Shown here: positions 58,681 through 64,000 of the stretch, in pieces | Position numbering within the stretch: the stretch's first letter is position 1 | Layout of the letters: every line of letters begins with the position of its first letter | DNA from: Eledone cirrhosa | Lineage: Eukaryota | DNA length: 64,000 nucleotides | Reading direction: 5' to 3' | Assembly (NCBI GenBank): GCA_964016885.1 | Contig: OZ024744.1 | Coordinates: 119,040,001-119,104,000 of the forward strand | The notes under the pieces: model-generated | Seen by the model: the letters and a program-made list of their open reading frames with translations, nothing else | The model's database searches: none | Told to the model about the DNA's origin: nothing | Made by a program: the position numbers and the translations under genes

Positions 58681-59599
58681 GACTAATGGTACTAACATTA
58701 TTACTGTAACAACTGACTTGGTGTGACTAACATTATTACTGTAACAACTGACTTGGTGTTACTAACATTATTACTGTAACAACTGACTAATGTTACTAAC
58801 ATTATTACTGTAACAACTGACTAATGTTACTAACATTATTACTGTAACAAATGACTAATGTTACTAACATTATTACTGTAACAACTGACTAATGTTACTA
58901 ACATTATTACTGTAACAACTGACTAATGTTACTAACATTATTACTGTAACAACTGACTTGGTGTTACTAACATTATTATTGTAACTACTAACTAATGTTA
59001 CTAACATTATTATTGCAACAACTGACTTGGTGTTACTAACATTATTACTGTAAAAACTGACTTGGTGTTACTAACATTATTACTGTAAAAACTGACTAAA
59101 GTTACTAACATTATTACTGTAACAACTGACTTGGTGTTACGAACATTATTACTGTAACAACTGACTTGGTGTTACTAACATTATTACTGTAACAACTGAC
59201 TAATGTTACTAACATTATTACTGTAACAACTGACTTGGTGTTACTAACTTTATTACTGTAACACCTGACTTGGTGTTACTTACATTATTACTGTAACAAC
59301 TGACTTGGTGTTACTAACATTATTACTGTAACAACTGACTAATGTTTCCTACATTATTACTGTAACAATTGACTTGGTGTTACTAACATTATTACTGTAA
59401 CAACTGACTAATGTTACTAACATTATTACTGTAACAACTGACTAATGTTGCTAACATGATTACTGTAACAACTGACTAATGTTACTAACATTATTACTGT
59501 AACACCTGACTTGGTGTTACTAACATTATTACTGTAACAACTGACTTGGTGTTACTAACATTATTACTGTAACAACTGACTTGCTGTTACTAACATTAT

Positions 59600-62500
59600 T
59601 ACTGTTACAATTGACTTGGTGTTACTAACATTATTACTGTACCAACTGACTAATGTTACTAACATTATTACTGTAACAACTGACTAATGGTACTAACATT
59701 ATTACTGTAACAACTGACTTGGTGTTACTAACGTTATTACTGTAACAACTGACTTGGTGTTACTAACATTATTACTGTAACAACTGACTTGGTGTTACTA
59801 ACGTTATTACTGTAACAACTGACTTGGTGTTACTAACATTATTACTGTAACAACTGACCTGGTGTTACTAACATTATTACTGTAACAACTGACTTGGTGT
59901 TACTAACATTATTACTGTAACAACTGACTTGGTGTTACTAACATTATTACTGTAACAACTGACTAATGTTACTAACATTATTACTGTAACAACTGACTTG
60001 GTGTTACTAACATTATTACTGTAACAACTGACTTGGTGTTACTAACATTATTACTGTAACAACTGACTTGGTGTTACTAACATTATTACTGTAACAACTG
60101 ACTAATGTTACTAACATTATTACTGTAACAACTGACTTGGTGTTACTAACATTATTACTGTAACAACTGACTAATGTTACTAACATTATTAGTGTAACAA
60201 CTGACTAATGTTACTAACATTATTACTGTAACAACTGATTAATGTTACTAACATTTTTACTGTAATAACTGACTTGGTGTTACTAACATTATTACTGTAA
60301 CAACAGACTTGGTGTTACTAACATTATTACTGTAACAACTGACTTGGTGTTACTAACGTTATTACTGTAACAACTGACTTGGTATTACTTACATTATTAC
60401 TATAACAACTGACTTGGTGTTACTAACATTATTACTGTAACAACTGACTAATGTTACCTACATTATTACTGTAACAATTAACTTGGTGTAACTAACATTA
60501 TTACTGTAACAACTGACTAATGTTACTAACATTATTACTGTAACAACTGACTTGGTGTTACTAACATTATTACTGTAACAACTGACTAATGTTACTAACA
60601 TTATTACTGTAACAACTGACTAATGTTACTAACATTATTACTCTAACAACTGACTAATGTTACTAACATTATTACTGTAACAACTGACTAATGTTACTAA
60701 CATTATTACTGTAACAACTGACTAATGTTACTAACATTATTACTGTAACAACTGACTTGGTGTTACTAACATTATTACTGTAACAACTGACTTGGTGTTA
60801 CTAACATTATTACTGTAACAACTGACTTGGTGTAACTAACATTATTACTGTAACAACTGACTAATGTTACTAACATTATTACTGTAACAACTGACTTGGT
60901 GTTACTAACATTATTACTGTAACAACTGACTAATGTTACTAACATTATTACTGTAACAACTGACTAATGTTACTAACATTATTACTCTAACAACTGACTA
61001 ATGTTACTAACATTATTACTGTAACAACTGACTAATGTTACTAACATTATTACTGTAACAACTGACTAATGTTACTAACATTATTACTGTAACAACAGAC
61101 TTGGTGTTACTAACATTATTACTGTAACAACTGACTTGGTGTTACTAACATTATTACTGTAACAACTGACTTGGTGTTACTAACATTATTACTGTAACAA
61201 CTGACTTGGTGTTACTAACATTATTATTGTAACTACTAACTAATGTTACTAACATTATTACTGCAACAACTGACTTGGTGTTACTAACATTATTACTGTA
61301 AAAACTGACTTGGTGTTACTAACATTATTACTGTAACAACTGACTAAAGTTACTAACATTATTACTGTAACAACTGACTTGGTGTTACTAACATTATTAC
61401 TGTAACAACTGACTTGGTGTTACTAACATTATTACTGTAACAACTGACTAATGTTACTAACATTATTACTGTAACAACTGACTTGGTGTTACTAACTTTA
61501 TTACTGTAACAACTGACTTGGTGTTACTTACATTATTACTGTAACAACTGACTTGGTGTTACTAACATTATTACTGTAACACCTGACTTGGTGTTACTAA
61601 CATTATTACTGTAACAACTGACTTGGTGTTACTAACATTATTACTGTAATAACTGACTTGCTGTTACTAACATTATTACTGTTACAATTGACTTGGTGTT
61701 ACTAACATGATTACTGTAACAACTGACTAATGTTACTAACATTATTACTGTAACACCTGACTTGGTGTTACTAACATTATTACTGTAACAACTGACTTGG
61801 TGTTACTAACATTATTACTGTAATAACTGACTTGCTGTTACTAACATTATTACTGTTACAATTGACTTGGTGTTACTAACATTATTACTGTACCAACTGA
61901 CTAATGTTACTAACATTATTACTGTAACAACTGACTAATGGTACTAACATTATTACTGTAACAACTGACTTGGTGTTACTAACGTTATTACTGTAACAAC
62001 TGACTTGGTGTTACTAACATTATTACTGTAACAACTGACTTGGTGTTACTAACGTTATTACTGTAACAACTGACTTGGTGTTACTAACATTATTACTGTA
62101 ACAACTGACCTGGTGTTACTAACATTATTACTGTAACAACTGACTTGGTGTTACTAACATTATTACTGTAACAACTGACTTGGTGTTACTAACATTATTA
62201 CTGTAACAACTGACTAATGTTACTAACATTATTACTGTAACAACTGACTTGGTGTTACTAACATTATTACTGTAACAACTGACTTGGTGTTACTAACATT
62301 ATTACTGTAACAACTGACTTGGTGTTACTAACATTATTACTGTAACAACTGACTAATGTTACTAACATTATTACTGTAACAACTGACTTGGTGTTACTAA
62401 CATTATTACTGTAACAACTGACTAATGTTACTAACATTATTAGTGTAACAACTGACTAATGTTACTAACATTATTACTGTAACAACTGATTAATGTTACT

Positions 62501-63060
62501 AACATTTTTACTGTAATAACTGACTTGGTGTTACTAACATTATTACTGTAACAACAGACTTGGTGTTACTAACATTATTACTGTAACAACTGACTTGGTG
62601 TTACTAACGTTATTACTGTAACAACTGACTTGGTATTACTTACATTATTACTATAACAACTGACTTGGTGTTACTAACATTATTACTGTAACAACTGACT
62701 AATGTTACCTACATTATTACTGTAACAATTAACTTGGTGTAACTAACATTATTACTGTAACAACTGACTAATGTTACTAACATTATTACTGTAACAACTG
62801 ACTTGGTGTTACTAACATTATTACTGTAACAACTGACTAATGTTACTAACATTATTACTGTAACAACTGACTAATGTTACTAACATTATTACTCTAACAA
62901 CTGACTAATGTTACTAACATTATTACTGTAACAACTGACTAATGTTACTAACATTATTACTGTAACAACTGACTAATGTTACTAACATTATTACTGTAAC
63001 AACTGACTTGGTGTTACTAACATTATTACTGTAACAACTGACTTGGTGTTACTAACATTA
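59600..63060. repeat. Duplication with 2251-bp offset (~59600-60810 vs ~61850-63060)
   Basis: GTACCAAC at 59642/61893, TTAGTGTAAC at 60192/62443, and the same order of later variants. Confidence 0.82.
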
Positions 63061-64000
63061 TTACTGTAACAACTGACTTGGTGTTACTAACATTATTACT
63101 GTAACAACTGACTAATGTTACTAACATTATTACTGTAACACCTGACTTGGTGTTACTAACATTATTACTGTAACAACTGACTTGCTGTTACTAACATTAT
63201 TTCTGTAAAAACTGACTTGTTGTTACTAACATTATTACTGTAACAACTGACTAATGTTACTAACATTATTACTGTAACAACTGACTAATGTTACTAACAT
63301 TATTACTGTAACAATTGACTTGCTGTTACTAACATTATTACTGTAACAACTGACTTGCTGTTACTAACATTATTACTGTAACAACTGACTTGGTGTTACT
63401 AACATTATTACTGTAACAACTGACTTGCTGTTACTAACATTATTACTGTAACAATTGACTTGGTGTTACTAACATTATTACTGTAACAACTGACTAATGT
63501 TACTAATATTATTACTGTAACAATTGACTTGGTGTTACTAACATTATTACTGTAACAACTGACTAATGTTACTAACATTATTACTGTAACAACTGACTAA
63601 TGTTACTAACATTATTACTGTAACAATTGACTTGGTGTTACTAACATTATTACTGTAACAACTGACTAATGGTACTAACATTATTACTGTAACAATTGAC
63701 TTGGTGTTACTAACATTATTACTGTAACAACTGACTAATGTTACTAATATTATTACTGTAACAATTGACTTGGTGTTACTAACATTATTACTGTAACAAC
63801 TGACTAATGTTACTAACATTATTACTGTCACAACTGACTAATGTTACTAACATTATTACTGTAACAATTGACTTGGTGTTACTAACATTATTACTGTAAC
63901 AACTGACTAATGTTACTAACATTATTACTGTAACAACTGAATAATGGTACTAACATTATTACTGTAACAACTGACTTGGTGTTACTAACATTATTACTGT

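Larger units (their letters stand above)
29..64000. repeat. Tandem satellite array of interspersed 34-bp (A, ...GACTAATGTTAC...) and 35-bp (B, ...GACTTGGTGTTAC...) monomers; interrupted only at 4033-4217 and 12121-12305; runs to the right edge
   Basis: Directly visible: the constant 31-bp core TGTTACTAACATTATTACTGTAACAACTGAC is followed by TAA or TTGG, head-to-tail in one orientation with no spacers. Most monomers match consensus or differ by 1-2 substitutions. Confidence 0.99.

Noticed and set aside
32442-63831. Six minus-strand ORFs of 67-94 aa (MLVTLVSCYSNNVSNTKS...)
   Set aside because: They appear wherever A and B alternate, because 34+35 = 69 bp = 23 codons keeps a stop-free frame. They are pure satellite translations with no unique sequence or gene context.
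29-64000. CRISPR array (34-35-bp partly palindromic repeats)
   Set aside because: The repeats are directly adjacent with no unique spacers, leader or cas genes.
29-64000. Telomeric repeat array (CTAA/TTGG motifs)
   Set aside because: There are no tandem TTAGGG or TTAGG units on either strand; the period is 34/35 bp.
29-64000. A single fixed-period higher-order repeat, or the A/B order as an information-bearing code
   Set aside because: Offsets vary from 413 bp to ~10 kb, and the A/B order is adequately explained by duplication history. Nothing in the sequence suggests a readout mechanism.
29-64000. Definitive centromere assignment
   Set aside because: The array is compatible with centromeric or pericentromeric satellite, but this cannot be shown from sequence alone. 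No CENP-B box was seen.

Overview
The window is almost entirely one AT-rich (~29% GC) tandem satellite array of about 1,840 head-to-tail monomers. Two monomer types are interspersed: type A, 34 bp (GACTAATGTTACTAACATTATTACTGTAACAACT), and type B, 35 bp (GACTTGGTGTTACTAACATTATTACTGTAACAACT). The only non-satellite DNA is a ~186-bp element with Pol III A/B boxes that looks like a tRNA-derived SINE. It occurs as two identical copies (4032-4217, 12120-12305) plus a 3' end at 1-28, all with the same junctions, so it spread by array duplication. From memory it resembles abundant Octopus SINEs with a Meta/MESC-type central domain, suggesting a mollusc or cephalopod nuclear genome; this is unverified. 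Rare monomer variants reveal nested kb-scale duplications (offsets 413, 898, 2003, 2251, 2524, 3564, 3624, 4177, 4796, ~8088 and ~10,100 bp) and a distinct central layer at ~6-35 kb. No credible protein-coding gene or CRISPR array is present; the listed ORFs arise from A+B = 69 bp alternation. All comparisons were made by eye, so block boundaries are approximate.
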